64,000 nucleotides of DNA from assembly GCA_951406725.2 (NCBI GenBank), contig OX597819.1, positions 93,186,001 to 93,250,000 on the forward strand, read 5' to 3'. The stretch comes from Octopus vulgaris. Lineage: Eukaryota. Shown one piece after another: positions 13,667-27,790 of the stretch (position 1 is its first letter; each line of letters opens with the position of its first letter). The notes beneath the pieces are model-generated. The model searched no databases. It had not been told where the DNA came from and saw nothing but the letters and a program-made list of their open reading frames with translations. The position numbers were made by a program, and so were the translations under genes.

Positions 13667-14358
13667 TACACACATACATAAGCACACGTTTATGTAAAAG
13701 TATATACGTTTGTATTTGCACATGTACATAAATATATACACATATATATGTATGCATATATGTATACACACATAAGTATACATGTATATAAATATATGTG
13801 TATCTGTATGTGTTAAAATATCTCACTGACAAGTTATTGAACAACCCGAAGTTTGAGGAGAATATGTAGTCTAAATGTACTCCACTGAACAGTGGAACGA
13901 AACCTGGAACACGTGTTTGCAAAAGGAACTTCTTCGAGACACAACAGTTTCTCAGAAAAAAGAATATGCTCTTGAAAGTATATTAAGTGGGTAAAATCTT
14001 TTATCCAATTAACCTCACTTTGATTACTATTACTAGTGATCTACATATGCAGGTAGTAGAAAATCAGATACATATGTATGAATAAGAAATGGTTTTGGTT
14101 GATTTGGATAATCACAGACTTACCTATAATAAAAAGAAATACTTGTTAACACTAAAATCATGAGGAGTCATATTGCTGACTTTCTGCGGCAAAAGAATTT
14201 TGTAGCAGTTGGTTACAGTGCGTCCTGTATACCCATATCTTTGATATGCCGTTAATGATATCGCATCGCCATTGTCCATATTCTGTAGTTTGCATTTTGA
14301 GTAATAAATTTGAAAGTCATTTCTCACTAACATTCAGGAAGGAATTAAATACTGTAAC

Positions 14359-14781
14359 GGATCTTTTCGGTTTGAATGGCAGTTTTTTCTAGCGGTGTCA
14401 TATGAAATTGTCACCCATAATTATGACCCTAGTATCGATCTATTGCATTTCAATCTGTTTTAGGGTTAGGGTTAGGGTTAGAGGTGGGGGGAAGGGTATC
14501 TTTTTTTCTTCACAAATCTAAATAAACCCAATCTGTTTCTTAAACGGGGAACATATTCATACGGCACAAAATGTTTTTTACCTTAATAGACGTCAGTGAT
14601 TGGTTAAAATTGCAGAAATTGAAGAAAAATAACAACAAATATCTTACAAACCATAGAATTTTCTCAATAAAGCCAAGAGAAAAAGATGTTTTATAAACAC
14701 ATTCTACCAGTATACGAAGTTTAAAATTTTTTAGTTACCTAGAAATTATGTTAAAAACTACCGTTCGAACCGAAAAGATCC
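14359..14781. mobile_element. Intact MITE with GG-ended ~28-bp TIRs, 8-bp TSD and internal (TTAGGG)n
   Basis: TIRs ggatcttttcggtttgaatggcagtttt / aaaactaccgttcgaaccgaaaagatcc. TSD actgtaac at 14351-58 and 14782-89. ttagggttagggttagggttagagg at ~14460-14484. Confidence 0.92.
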
Positions 14782-14924
14782 ACTGTAACTAACAAAACGG
14801 TTTTGTGATGTTCTATAGCAGTAGGTTGTGTTTTATTTGGGTGCCTGGTGGTCTGTCATTGTTTTCCTTCTTTCTTTCTTTCTTTTTTTTCATAGGTAAA
14901 GATGCATGCTTGTATTGGATTGGT

Positions 14925-15295
14925 TGTGTAATTGAGAAGTTCATTTGGCAACCACTTGTTTTCAGGTTCAATCCCACTGCGTTGCACCTTAGAAATGTGT
15001 CTTTCGCTATAGTCGCGGATCGACCAATGCATTGCGTGTGAATATGGGAAGCAGATGGAAAATGTGTGGAAACCCGTCATATATATCTGTGTGTGTGTGT
15101 GTGTGTGTGTCTGTGTGTGTGTGTGCGTGTGTGCGTGTCTATCTATGTATGTTGTGCGTATTTGTGTTTGAGCGCGCTTGACAACTTGTGTCGGTTTGTC
15201 AAGTAACAGACTTGAAAAATAAGTACTGAGGTCAATTTCTTCGAAGCAGTGCTCCATTATGGCTGCAGTCCAATGAATGAAACATGTAAAATATG
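14925..15295 (+). mobile_element. Decayed family A SINE with internal (TG)n
   Basis: ggttcaatcccactgcgttgcacctt head and gtgctccattatggctgcagtccaatgaatgaaac tail, as in the 19985 copy and other family A fragments. Confidence 0.75.
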
Positions 15296-16581
15296 AAAAA
15301 ATAAGACATAACTGAGGATGAAAACTTCAACAGTAAGTCAGGCATTCAAATCACCGTTATCAAAATAACCTTTGTATTTGGAGACAAGAAGCAAAATTCG
15401 ATTTACTGGGACATCGCTTTACTGACTTCGTTTAAAAATAATGTTTTGATTCGAACGCGTGATGTGCCTCTGGTGATGACTATCACTTCCAGATTAAGTT
15501 GAGGCAGATTTGAAATTTTGGAATTTCCATCAAAGAGTAACGAATGTAAAAGAGCATACACATTTAATATATTTTTAAAGAAAGTCCCTTCAAAAAGTTT
15601 ACATTCTTTTATACATTTTTAATTTCCTTTCAAAGCAATAAACGTAATTTATAGTTTTGTTTTAGAAGCAAAATGCGAGTTCGAGGTTTGATATAATTGT
15701 ATAGGATCATCGGTAAGGTCAAAATTAAAAGTACATCTCTGACAGCGTATAATATATGCAAGTTCACATCATGTTGCAAATAACAGTAACAAACGTCTAA
15801 ATGTTACGATATCTATTTTCACTTTCTCTTTTGAAATATAAGACATTTGTGACCAATCAAGGGAGGCTGTACTGACAGTAAACGCTGTGAACCATGAAAT
15901 ACGTTGTTCGTGATGCGAGTTAACATGTCATTTATTTTCTTGATTGAAGTTTCTTCACATCACTTACCCCTATAATATCATTAGGATTGCAACACAACAT
16001 GACTTTCATCATCTATTTATGATTGTATACTCTTGAGACTTGGTCACAAAGAAAAGTGTTATTGCAAATAAACGCGTGCAGTAGAGATAAGTTGGCAGAG
16101 AATCGAATGCATGAGCCTGTTTCGAATTTCAGGTTGTCGAGTTGTAACAGTTAAGCTAACTTTCTTTCGCTCATACTAAGGAATTTTCAGTGGAATATTA
16201 CAATACCAGTCATGAAATAAGAACTCCTCAAACACTGACACAGATTGCTATACTTTTATCGATCCCTTTTTCCTTCAAAATACTCCAACAGCAAAGAGTT
16301 TCCTGTGTTCTTTGAGAAGGAAAGTCTCAGGTAGGAGAGTGAGATGCATTTAAGTGATGACGTGGATACGGTGTTGTATTTCATGCAGCAGAACCTTGCA
16401 CACCAACTACGAAACACGGTTACATTTTGAGAAGGCAAACTCTATAATTTCCCATGACTATATCTGAAGAATTTTACAATTTAGTTCCTAATTACGAAAT
16501 TATCGTTTAGTAGATACACATTGCTTCAACATAACGAGAAAACAAATCAATCTTTTCTATTTTCCTCTCTCTCTCTCACCC

Positions 16582-16614
<33 letters not shown>

Positions 16615-17084
16615 TTCTATGCCTCTCTCGCCCTCTTTCTTTTTCTCTCGTCTCGAAATGTAATTTTTTTCCTATCTAATTGTTAATCTACCACATTACA
16701 TAGCGCGATTATTTTTCTTCTTTCTTATTTCACGCTTCACCTTCTCTTTTGCTTTTCCTCTCCATTTATCCTCTTCTTCCTCTCAAAAGCTCTAAATAAC
16801 TCATGCTACGAACTTATATGTTTTTACTGGTTCTTCAAGTTTTAATCAATCATACCGACTCCAATACTTAATCCAGTTTGCTACACATTTTTTGTTTCTA
16901 TTTAATAAATAGAACTGATGTTACATAACACAAAGAAACGCAACATAAGCATCCCACTTTTTTTAACTGATATAAGCATAAATGCAAACTCATAGAACTA
17001 AGTTTCTTTCACTTCCTTCACATTTTCTACAATTATATTACCCGCCTCTTTCTCCATCTCCCCCTCCTGTCTCCTTCCCTACCA

Positions 17085-17705
<621 letters not shown>

Positions 17706-18599
17706 ATTTAAAGCATACGTAATACCTTTCTATATTTAGTTTGTATCCAGCATCCATCGAACAGCAACCCACGTAACTCGGCAACTTTTTTTACTATGAT
17801 TAGTGTCCAATAATATCAGCACTATGCGTTGACACGGTTGACAGGTGTTTCAGTTTGCTTAAGTTACTAATTACAACCTACTTCAAATAAACGGATTATA
17901 TACAGTTCAATAACATGTATCCAAGATACAATAATAAGAGCGGTGTCAGAAAAAAAATAAAGAAACAAAAGAGAGAAAATAAAAATAAAACATTAATCAA
18001 AAAGACATTAATAAATTTCTATTACATGTTCAACATCACCAGCGAAATATGAACTAAAGGAAGAAAAACTGGGTATTGTGCTTCAGAAGTATATCATTCT
18101 GGGAGAAGAAAAATAAACATAGGTAAACTACAAATGGGTCGTTTTATTTCAAAATGCTTGCTGGGTCGATGGGACGGTCTGAATGATAGGAAATCGAGAG
18201 ATTGTAAGAATTTTGTAGCTTACTATCCGTAGTTGGTCTTTATATAATCAAGACGTAAACTGTGTGTTTATTTAGTTAATCAGAAGCCTGCAATTGATAT
18301 TTTTCAAAGTGACAAAACAAACTTGCCCGAGCAGAGAAAATCCAATCATAAATCTATCACTGTATTTGTATTAAAATGTTCTCGAACGTAGACAAACATA
18401 TACACCCACTCATATATTTATACATAATCAAGCATGCATGCACAAGCACGTGCGTACGTACATACATACTTCCAAATGTGAATTTGTGTTAATTACATCC
18501 GAAAGATGGAGCCTTGTATCATTGTTGGAAACCGGTTCCCTCCTCAGTGGAAGATTTATAATAATTAAAAAATAGGAGACATACATATATACATACATA

Positions 18600-19482
18600 C
18601 ACTTTGAAGGGTGTGTATTTGCAATCGAGGAACAGGAAATATCAACTAAATAGCTGATGCACAAAAGGGACAGAGATGCAGGAAAAGCAGCAAAATGTGA
18701 CAACCGATGCAGACTTTGCGGAGTTAACACCGAAGATATCACCCACATCAGAGGCAGTTGTCCGAAAATGCCATCACAGTATTATCTATAAGGACATCTA
18801 TCGGAAGGATAACTCCGAGGATAAAGAAATGAGAACCCGTAGTACGGTAGAAGCCATAGCCACTCATAACAAAAAGGAGTACTGGTGGAATTTCCCAGTG
18901 AAAACCTCAATAAAATGTAAGCAGAACAGACCTGATATAAGGATTTGGGATAGAGGAGAGAAACTGGGTACAGTTGTGGAAATTAGCTGCTCAGTGGATG
19001 TTAACATAAAGCTGAAGATCAGTAAAAACGAGAACACTTATGCTGAACTATTGAGAAATCTGCAGATTTCAGTTAAGATTACAAATTCAGGTTTATACCT
19101 GTAATTAATGGGGCACTGGGATATGTAACACATTGCCTAAATACCAGTTTTGAGAAATTAGGCTTCTCAAAACCAGAAAGGAGAAAGCTTATTCGAAGAC
19201 TACAGATCCAATCCATCACTGGAACTGCATAAATCTGTAAAACTTTCCAAAAGTTTATCATTTAAGTATATATGAATATGTCTAGATATGCAAGCTTGTG
19301 CATGAGAAGGCATAAATAAAACAAAACATACAAATCTGCATGTATACATACACACATACATACATGCATGCAGAAATACCCCGTAGTTTATGTTGAAATT
19401 CCAATGAAGGACCCTTGGATCTAGGTTAGAAACCGGTTCCTTTTCTATTGAAAAGAAATCTTGAAATAAAACTGACTAATGT
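18600..19482 (+). mobile_element. 5'-truncated R4/Dong-type RLE non-LTR retrotransposon
   Basis: HFEGCVFAIEEQEISTK*, CCHC knuckle CRLCGVNTEDITHIRGSCPKM, restriction-like endonuclease WWNFPVKTSIKCKQNRPDIRIWD...VVEISCSVDVN, then 3'UTR. Flanked on both sides by (CATA)n. Confidence 0.88.
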
Positions 19483-19552
19483 CATACATACATACATACA
19501 TACATACATACATACACACACACATACATACATACATACATACATACATACA

Positions 19553-19584
<32 letters not shown>

Positions 19585-19875
19585 AAATATTTGTTGTGAA
19601 AATCAGCAGAACTCTGGACACGAATTCGGTTAGAAAAATACAAGAGTAAAAGAACATCTTTGGATAGCAGTTTGCAAATCCAGAACCCAAGATATAATAC
19701 CAGCTTCATACCCATTATCACTGGAACAACAGGATACATACCAACCCATCTGGAGCAAAGTATGGCTGAACTTGGGGGTCTTGGGGAGAGAATGTAAATC
19801 CTTAATTCATATACTACAAATAATCGTGATAGCTGGGGCTGTAAAAATCTGCAAGAACTGATAAGGATTTAAAGG
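19585..19875 (+). mobile_element. Second, more divergent RLE retrotransposon 3' fragment
   Basis: [13 protein letters not shown]...[24 protein letters not shown]...AVKICK parallels the C-terminus of 18600-19482; starts after (CATA)n. Confidence 0.7.
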
Positions 19876-19984
19876 ATAATAACTAAGACACGATCCTTTC
19901 CTTTACAATCTTTCTACCAAGTAAATGGTCGGTCAAAATTTACTCTAAAATTAAAACGAGAAAGAAAAGAGCAAACATACACAC

Positions 19985-20141
19985 TGGCGCGGCTGTGTGG
20001 TAAGTAGCTTGCTTATCGACCACATGGTTCCGGGTTCAGTCCCACTGCGTGGCACCTTGGGCAAGTGTCTTGTACTATAGCCTCGAGCCAACCAAAGACA
20101 TGTGAGTGGATTTGGTAGTCGGAAACTGAAAGAAGCTCGTC

Positions 20142-20212
<71 letters not shown>

Positions 20213-20355
20213 CATATATATATATACATATATGCATATGTGTATGTATGTTTCTATGTCTGTGTTTGTATACCCCACCATCACTTGACAACGGATGCTG
20301 GTATGTTTACATCCCCGTAACTTAGCGGTTCGGCAAAAGAAACCGATAGAATAAA
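19985..20355 (+). mobile_element. Family A tRNA-derived SINE with internal (TA)n
   Basis: gctgtgtggtaag...ggttccgggttcagtcccactgcgtggcaccttgggcaagtgtctt...ggaaactgaaagaagctcgtcg(TA)n...ccccgtaacttagcggttcggcaaaaga. Confidence 0.9.
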
Positions 20356-20409
20356 TACATACATACAGACAGATAGACATGCACAAATATCTGCATGCAT
20401 ACATACATA

Positions 20410-20728
20410 GTGTAAATACACCCATCAGTGACGAATGACCATGGGATGGCACTCAGAATGCGACCCTCCAAGGCACAAGTCTGGGCAAGGTTGTTTATGG
20501 TAGACCAGCAGTCGCCCATGCATACCAGCATCCCTTCTCCGTGCCACCAATGTTATCCAAGGGAAAGGCAAAGGCTGTTACAGCTTGGCACCAGTGAGGT
20601 CACAACTCATTTCTACAGCTGAATGAACTGGAGCAACGTGAAATAAAGTGTATTGCTGAAGAACACAACAAACAGCTCGGTCTGGGAATCGAACTCGACA
20701 CTCTAACCAATGAGACATGTGCCTTTAT
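20410..20728 (-). mobile_element. Family B SINE with a different 3' tail
   Basis: Reverse complement has the same tttatttcacgttgctccagt core as 5760 and 32827 but an unrelated tail. Confidence 0.8.
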
Positions 20729-22655
20729 ACATACACACAAATGTGTGCATAAGGAGGAATATATAGTAACACAGTCATCAATATGTTAACACATATATAG
20801 CACTGTCGGAAAGTAAAACTTCGTTCTTATGTAGTTTTAGCTTTCAACCTAAGTGAATATTCTCTTTACAAAAGAGAATGCTACGGAGCAAGAGATATAG
20901 TCTTCAACAATATCCGCACTCGGCTTTGATTCAAGGTTAAAACTATCTCCGCTCCAAATGCCCTTAGGAAAAATATCTAAATACAACATAACATTTTATA
21001 GTTATAGAGACTTATGCTCAAATATAGGAAAGTGAATATACATTGGAATCATATGACAAGTACTGCTAAACAAGAAGTGAACGCCTACAAAGTCGAGATA
21101 AGATCCGGTTTTGATTATTATTTGATGTAATTCATCACAGTTTTCTTTTATGTTTTTGTTTTGGGGGGAAAATGTAAATGTCATAATATCTCACATATCT
21201 CATTCCCTGCAACATTCAAAGTATAGAGGCTTTGCGTAACGGCACAAGATTCATCAATATTTTCAGAATCATGTTGCGAATACCATGGAGCAAAACATAT
21301 ATGGCGTCAAATCGATTGATTTTATAACCATTCACTTAGTATCACCGTGTATCCAGGTCCCATGTTTAAACTACAGAATTTTCGGTAATTTGGAATGAAG
21401 ATCGACCTAATAAGTTTAATATTTCATAAAATTGGCACCAAGAACTATTTCCTTTTACCGCTTAATCAGAAAAAGAAAAGCAAAAAGCCATCACCCTCTA
21501 TTTTTTCAGACATTTTCATGACTTTTAAGATAAAGAGAGGAAATTTTCCTTAAACCGGAGACTTTGTCCGAAATCGTGCAACAGAGCAATCTCTGTTCAA
21601 GGCACCCAAAGTACCAAAAGAAGTTTACCATTCTAATTAACACCAACACTAAATTAAGTCTACCATCTTAATTAAGTTTATGACCGAAATTAAATCTTCC
21701 TTCTATCTTACAAGTTACCGAAAGTAAGCAGCGAAAACTACTTATAGAAATGTATATAATATTATAACAAACTTAACGAAATTTAGCATAATGAATATTC
21801 ACTTAAAACCATCTTCGATAGAACTACGATACAAATAGCGAAATTTATACAATAGTTCAAGGTTGACAACTGGGGCATCAAATACTGTATAAAATTGTAT
21901 ACGTAAGTAATATACATATGTTCTATAAACTTATTAATAGCCTTGCTGTGAAAGTTGCTCAGGGTTTAAAAGACACGTTCAGAGCAGATCAAACATTTAC
22001 CACTGAAAATATTTTACTTGAGATGTACCGCTGTTCTGTAGTTCTGGAATCGAATTAGCCATGGTGAAAAAAAAAACTACATTTTGCTACCCTTACTGTT
22101 GTTACTCTTGATACTGCTCTTATTGGTATAAATGGTGATGTAGTGTTGTTGTTGTTGTTAATGTTGTTGTTTAACCCCTAGGTCACCCCGAAAGGCATTC
22201 CAGTTACGTCATTCCCATGTTCACTGATCTTTTATTTTCTGACTTTTATCTTTTTTTAAGGCGGTACTCCGTGCTGGGACAACACCTTAATTTATTTTCT
22301 AAACGTAATGTGAAGTCGAAGAAAAATTGTAGATGGTATTATATCGCTTTTCCTTAAGGGAGAAGGTTGCAATCTGAAAGAAATTTGACAGCTATTTCTA
22401 ACTAGGCAAGCAAGCACCTATAAGCTTCCATATTGACTCATCAAGTATTATATCGTTGTCGCAGTTGTTGTTGCTGTCGTTGTCGTCGTTGTTGTCGTTA
22501 TGGATATTGCTTACTTCCAAGTCAGCCCTAATAAAGGAAACTATAATCTAAGATATTCAAACTGTGTCCATCTTGTTCTTTTGTCTTCAAATCGACTACA
22601 TCCAGGACTACTCATTTTATCCAATATGGCTGTTAGCTATTTTAAAGCAATAGAG

Positions 22656-23001
22656 CAAGGGTTCTCAACCATTTCTTTTATCCATGGACCCCCTTTGATT
22701 ACTATTCTATTCTGGTGGATCCCCATAATCATAATCAATGTTTAAAAGCTAGCTTTTTAGAATATTATTTATTAATGTTTTCCCACGCATTAACTTGTAT
22801 AGGTTGAACTCTGCAAAATGTTAGAGAGAGAAACCTAACAGTTTCTTGCAATACATACCAATATCTATGTCTAAAGCAAAATTTTTTCAGGAGCCCTTAA
22901 AATACTATTATGGATCCCTAGTTTACTATTTTGTCATGTGGACCCCCAAGAATCAAGGGTGGACCCACAGGGGCCATATGGACTCTGGTTGAGAACTACT
23001 G
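22656..23001. mobile_element. hAT (Charlie-like) MITE
   Basis: TIRs caagggttctcaacc / ggttgagaactactg; 8-bp TSD caatagag/caatagaa; repeated tggacccc subterminal motifs. Confidence 0.85.
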
Positions 23002-23444
23002 CAATAGAAGGATAGTTGGGAAATTTGACTGATATTTCAAGCAGATAGAGTGACAGCGTAGATGCCTCTGCATTGACACGTCTGATAGTTGTAGAAAGTG
23101 GAGACTGGTGGAATTTCTGCAAAAATAAATGCAAAATAATAATTTTAAAAATTATCTTTAATAATTAGTTGGAAAGTAGTGTGTGTGTGTGTGTGAGTAT
23201 GCCTCTATGTGTGTGTGAATGAGTTTGTATGCGTATGTTGTATGTCAGTATGTCACAATGTTTATGCGTGTGACTTTGTCTATATGTCTGTTTATGGAGT
23301 TACGGGTGCAATTTAATTTTTAATTCGATTTCGGTAAAAAACAAAAAAAAAAAATTTATATTTCGACGATTTGATTTGTTTTCCGATTACGATTTACAAA
23401 GTAAATTAAATTTGTCATTATTCATTCAAAAAATATTTCAGCCA

Positions 23445-23703
23445 CCGACACCACCGCCACCATTATCATCATCATCATCCTTATCACCACTACTACCACC
23501 ACAATCATCATCATAATCATCATCACCACTACTAACACCAACACCACCATCATAATCATCATCATTATCATTATCACCACTAACACTACCATCATCATAC
23601 TCATCATCATCATCATCATCAACAACATCACCATCAACACCATCGTCGTCGTCGTCGTCATCATCGTCCTCCTCCTCATCATCATTATCATTATCATCAC
23701 CAT
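23445..23703. repeat. Degenerate (ATC/ACC)n trinucleotide repeat
   Basis: Directly visible; produces the poly-D and poly-M ORFs. Confidence 0.9.
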
Positions 23704-23939
23704 TAAAGAGGCAGAGTGGTCGAAAAACTTCCCACATCTTTCTGTGGTGCTGGTGAAGAACTGATATTTACAAGATCATCATCATAAAGATTCCAGTCGT
23801 TGGAGTGTCGCACTAGACGCCTTTGTTTGTCACCAGCAGCAGCATCAGTAGCAGCTGCTACTCCAGCATTGTAGCCGTCGTCAACCTCCGCCACCGACTC
23901 TGTTGTTGTGGATGTCATCATCATCATCTTCATATAATA

Positions 23940-24456
23940 CTAGCAGTATCGCCCGGCGTTGCTCGGGTTTGTAAGGGAAATGACTATATAAGCATTTTTA
24001 GAGAGTTACTTCCCTTATAGATGCCAATTCGGGCTTTCTTAGCCATTTCTGTTTTGGTGTCTTCAAGCCATGAAGTCGTTGTTCTAAAAGAACGCTGGTC
24101 TCCTTGACAACGCTTTACGACGTTGATTTCCTTACACTCCCTTCCCCACAGCTTCACGAGGGAGGGAAGAAGGGGGAGAAGCAAACACAGGTGCAGATGT
24201 TTGAGCGTGGACGCCAACTCCGCCGCCATCGACACACGAAAAATTATGCATTAAAATGGAATAAAAAATGATGTTAAATTATTTTTTAAATCGTAGACTC
24301 ATCGTAGACGCGCGCTAATACCCAGACGGGCTCGATATGAATCACGACTATAAGATACCCGAATTTGGTTAAACTGCACCGCAAAATGTGGGAGGAGTTA
24401 GGAATCTAAATCGAAGGGGACAGACACTCACACAACTACAGTTTTATATATATAGA
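23940..24456 (-). mobile_element. Non-autonomous Helitron
   Basis: Minus strand begins TCTATATATATAAAACTG and ends with the hairpin CCCGAGCAACGCCGGG shortly before CTAG. Inserted between A and T with no TSD. Confidence 0.92.
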
Positions 24457-25269
24457 TTAACCTGATGACTATGACAGAAACGCGCAATGTTGCTGATGCC
24501 AGCTACATTTGAAAGATGCCCTTCGAAAGTCCAGTAGACTTGTCGAAGTGGCAACGTCAATATTCAATAGAACGACGCTTCTTCTCTTTTACTTCTTTTT
24601 ATCTTTTAGCTATTTCACCTTTGAAATAAAGAAACACACAAAATAAATGTATCTAAACCGTGTTTGTTTGAGATAGCTTAAGGTATCTTCCACGTAGTTT
24701 TCAATTACACAGTAATTAAGCAAAATTTGCCGCTGTAACCTTAGAAATATTTCATTTCAATCCAACCGAAAACAAAACATTATCATTCAATTTTATATGC
24801 ATTATGTGTATTTTCTTTAATTATTATAATTAGGGAAAATAAGACTAGAAGCGGTTGGGAGCTAAATTGACATAAATTATGATGTATTAAAATATCTAGA
24901 TATTCTTTCACGTGGTTATTCTCACGCAGATATGATTGCGGCAAGAACAATGAACGTGTGGTCGTTGCAGGAAATACTTCATTAAAAACGATTTGTATTT
25001 CCTAAATAAAATGCCATGATGTAATCCTGTCTATCATTCCAATCATTTTCGTCTTCGTATCATCGTCGGCGACAGAATTTTAACCAATTTTAACGACTGT
25101 TACCAACATTAATATCTTTACCATCATCACCATCATCATCATCATTATTGTCGTCGTCATCGTCATCATCATCATCATTACACAATTTCTTTTTTTTTTT
25201 CAGCAATGTCGTCACCATCGCATTCGCTATATTAGGTCGTCGTGTATGAAATTTGTAGTGAAGTATATG

Positions 25270-25580
25270 CGGCTATGCTGGAGCAAGTTCCTCAGCGACT
25301 TTAGTCGGTAAATAGACGCCCGGTACTTATTTATTTTCCAAGTGGCACTTAGTTCTATTGGTCTCTCTTGTCGGACTGCTAAGTTACGGGGCCGTAAACA
25401 AATCAATCCGATGTGTCGAGCGATAAGTAGACAAACGCATTCAGTTTCCGTCTATCAAATTTACGCTCAATTCTTTGGTCGACCAGGGGTTATAGTAAAA
25501 GGCACTTACCCAAAGTGCCACGCAGTGAAACCAAACCCCCAAAACACATGGTTGAAAAGGCGAGCTTCTTCAGCCCACGT
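25270..25580 (-). mobile_element. Decayed family A SINE
   Basis: Reverse complement similar to the 19985 copy (ctgctaagttacgggg..., gtgccacgcagtg). Confidence 0.75.
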
Positions 25581-27479
25581 TTTCATAGCACTTACATTTT
25601 ACCTCGTGAGGTTGTTCTTCCACCTTATAAAGACCATTCCCCATCACCGTACAACATCATCATTTCCTCCATCATCAATCTTAGTGTATAATAGCAGTGG
25701 CAACGGTAGCCGTGGCGACAGCGACAGCTATACTGCCATAGCTGGTTCTCTTAATCTGTTTTATATCTTCCTTGCATGAGTTAGTGTTATCTTTCTACAT
25801 ATTTATCTTCGCCATCGCCACCTACATCACCACTACTATTATCCTGATTATCGCGATCGTCTAAACACCATCATAATCATCATTGTCATGATCATGATCT
25901 GCAGTTTCTCACACCACTTTAAACAACGTTGTCCTAGATACACTGTCAGAAACAAGGAAAAAATGGTCACGACTGGAGTGCTTTTGATCATAGTTACCCT
26001 TTTAGGTGGACATGAATAAGTAAAATCTTTTAACAAATATTAGCAAAGGAACGCCGACCCTGATAATAGTAAATTCTGTGTAAATTCACGTGGATGTTAT
26101 ATTCGTGTTGATTATCTAAGACTTCAATCAAGTAAAAACATTGTACAGTCTATTAGCAGCGACTGAACAATCATTTTAATTCAAAAATGCCTCTTAAGAC
26201 AAAGGCAGCAACTAATCTAGATGAGTGCTAATGAAATTATTGACTTTCTCAACTGTTAAAACAACGAAGTGTTGTAAATAGGAATTCCCATTATAACGCA
26301 GAAATCAACATTAGCAAAACATTTGTTCAGTTTTGTTTTTCATACCTTTTGGGGATTTATTTATTTTTATTCCTTTCTCATTAAAAGTTTCAGAGCTGTA
26401 ATCAACAATAATATCAGTATAAGCCGCAATCTAAAAATCGTAGACTCATATATTACCGAAGGAAACGCAGAGTCTTAATTATGCAAACATTTACGAATAT
26501 ATATGTGTGTGTGTGGATGAGGGGTATTATGTATATGCATAGTTTGCATCAAGCATTGTCTATTACAGATAAACATCTTTTCATTTTTATTAATGTCAAA
26601 AATAATGCGAGTTCTGAAAAGCAATGCAAGGAGAGGTTTGTACTTTTACCTTATGTTTTAGTACTCCAGGGTTAGGACTTTTCTCGGAGATGTGGTGTGG
26701 TAGAGAAGGGTCCCAATTCCAAATACTGAAGTAGAAAGTTAAACTAGAAGCCATTGACCTGAGTTATACCTTATATCTTGCACAGTAGTGGCACGTGAGT
26801 GTGTACATAACTATCTGTGCATGTCTGCTTCCAGCACTAAAATGTATTGTCACCAAAACAGGTTGAATATCCTGCCGCCTTTGCCAGTTCTTTAGCATCC
26901 AAACAGCTGCGCCATATCGTCTCATTGTGCTTTAAAGAGCTCCCAGTTGACTTAACTTTTATTCAAAATACAGCCACTTTGACTTATCATTAATAATTTA
27001 CTCGAAAATTTTCAGATTGCCATAATTGCTTTATATGTATATTTACTTTGTTCCCCTTAGAACTAATTCCTGTTCATGTATGGTGATTGTTAAGTTATTT
27101 TCTTACTATAAAACTTCAGGCCAACTTTAGTATAATTAATCTTAGAGTCTATATAATTAAGTTACTCAATAGTTAGCGTAATATATTTTCTTAAAACACA
27201 TTTCTTTTATCCTTTACACCGATTTCAATGTTCTTTTTACGACATGAAGTAATTTTATTAGATTTTATATGCAGCCTGAATCATACAACGTTTATATAAT
27301 TACTAAGACTTTATATTTTAGATTCTCAACATTTATCTAATACTTATGATAAATGTGATTCATATAGAGAATATTAGAAATATAATTTTTAGTTGGTATC
27401 TGTTTCTACAAAAATATTTTCGTAGATTTAAATTCGCATCTTTAGAAATATATATTCACACACTCTAGTTTACTTTAAT

Positions 27480-27742
27480 CTTTTACTTGTTTCAGTCATT
27501 GGACTGCGACCATTCTGTGCCAGCATCTTCAAGGGACTTTAGTCGGACGAATCAACCCTATTGGTTATTTTTTATAGTCTGCTACTTACCTTATCGTTCT
27601 CCTTTGCCGAACTGTTAAGTTACGGGAACGTAAAGAAACCAACTGCAGTTTTCAAGCGATGAAGGAGAACAAACACAGGCGTACACAAGAATGCGCCCCC
27701 TTCATATGGCTGAAACATGTAAAAGAATAAAAGAATAAAAGA

Positions 27743-27790
<48 letters not shown>

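Noticed and set aside
14458-14490. True or relic telomere
   Set aside because: Only about three units, and they lie inside a TIR element.
16256-16438. Unique GC-richer segment as coding exon
   Set aside because: No frame is bounded by a convincing acceptor/donor pair; same for 25848-26036, 26760-26955 and 54470-54660.
20930-20980. LRAFGAEIVLT resembling a cysteine synthase motif (minus strand)
   Set aside because: Short match, unrelated flanking residues and an early stop; likely chance.
23422-23933. Acidic poly-D ORF and adjacent 76-aa ORF as a gene
   Set aside because: Trinucleotide-repeat derived. Removing the Helitron places an in-frame TAA just upstream of the ATG, and there is no recognisable homology.
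24461-24484. ctgatga...gaaac hammerhead-like string
   Set aside because: Stem II does not pair and no stem I/III partner is found.
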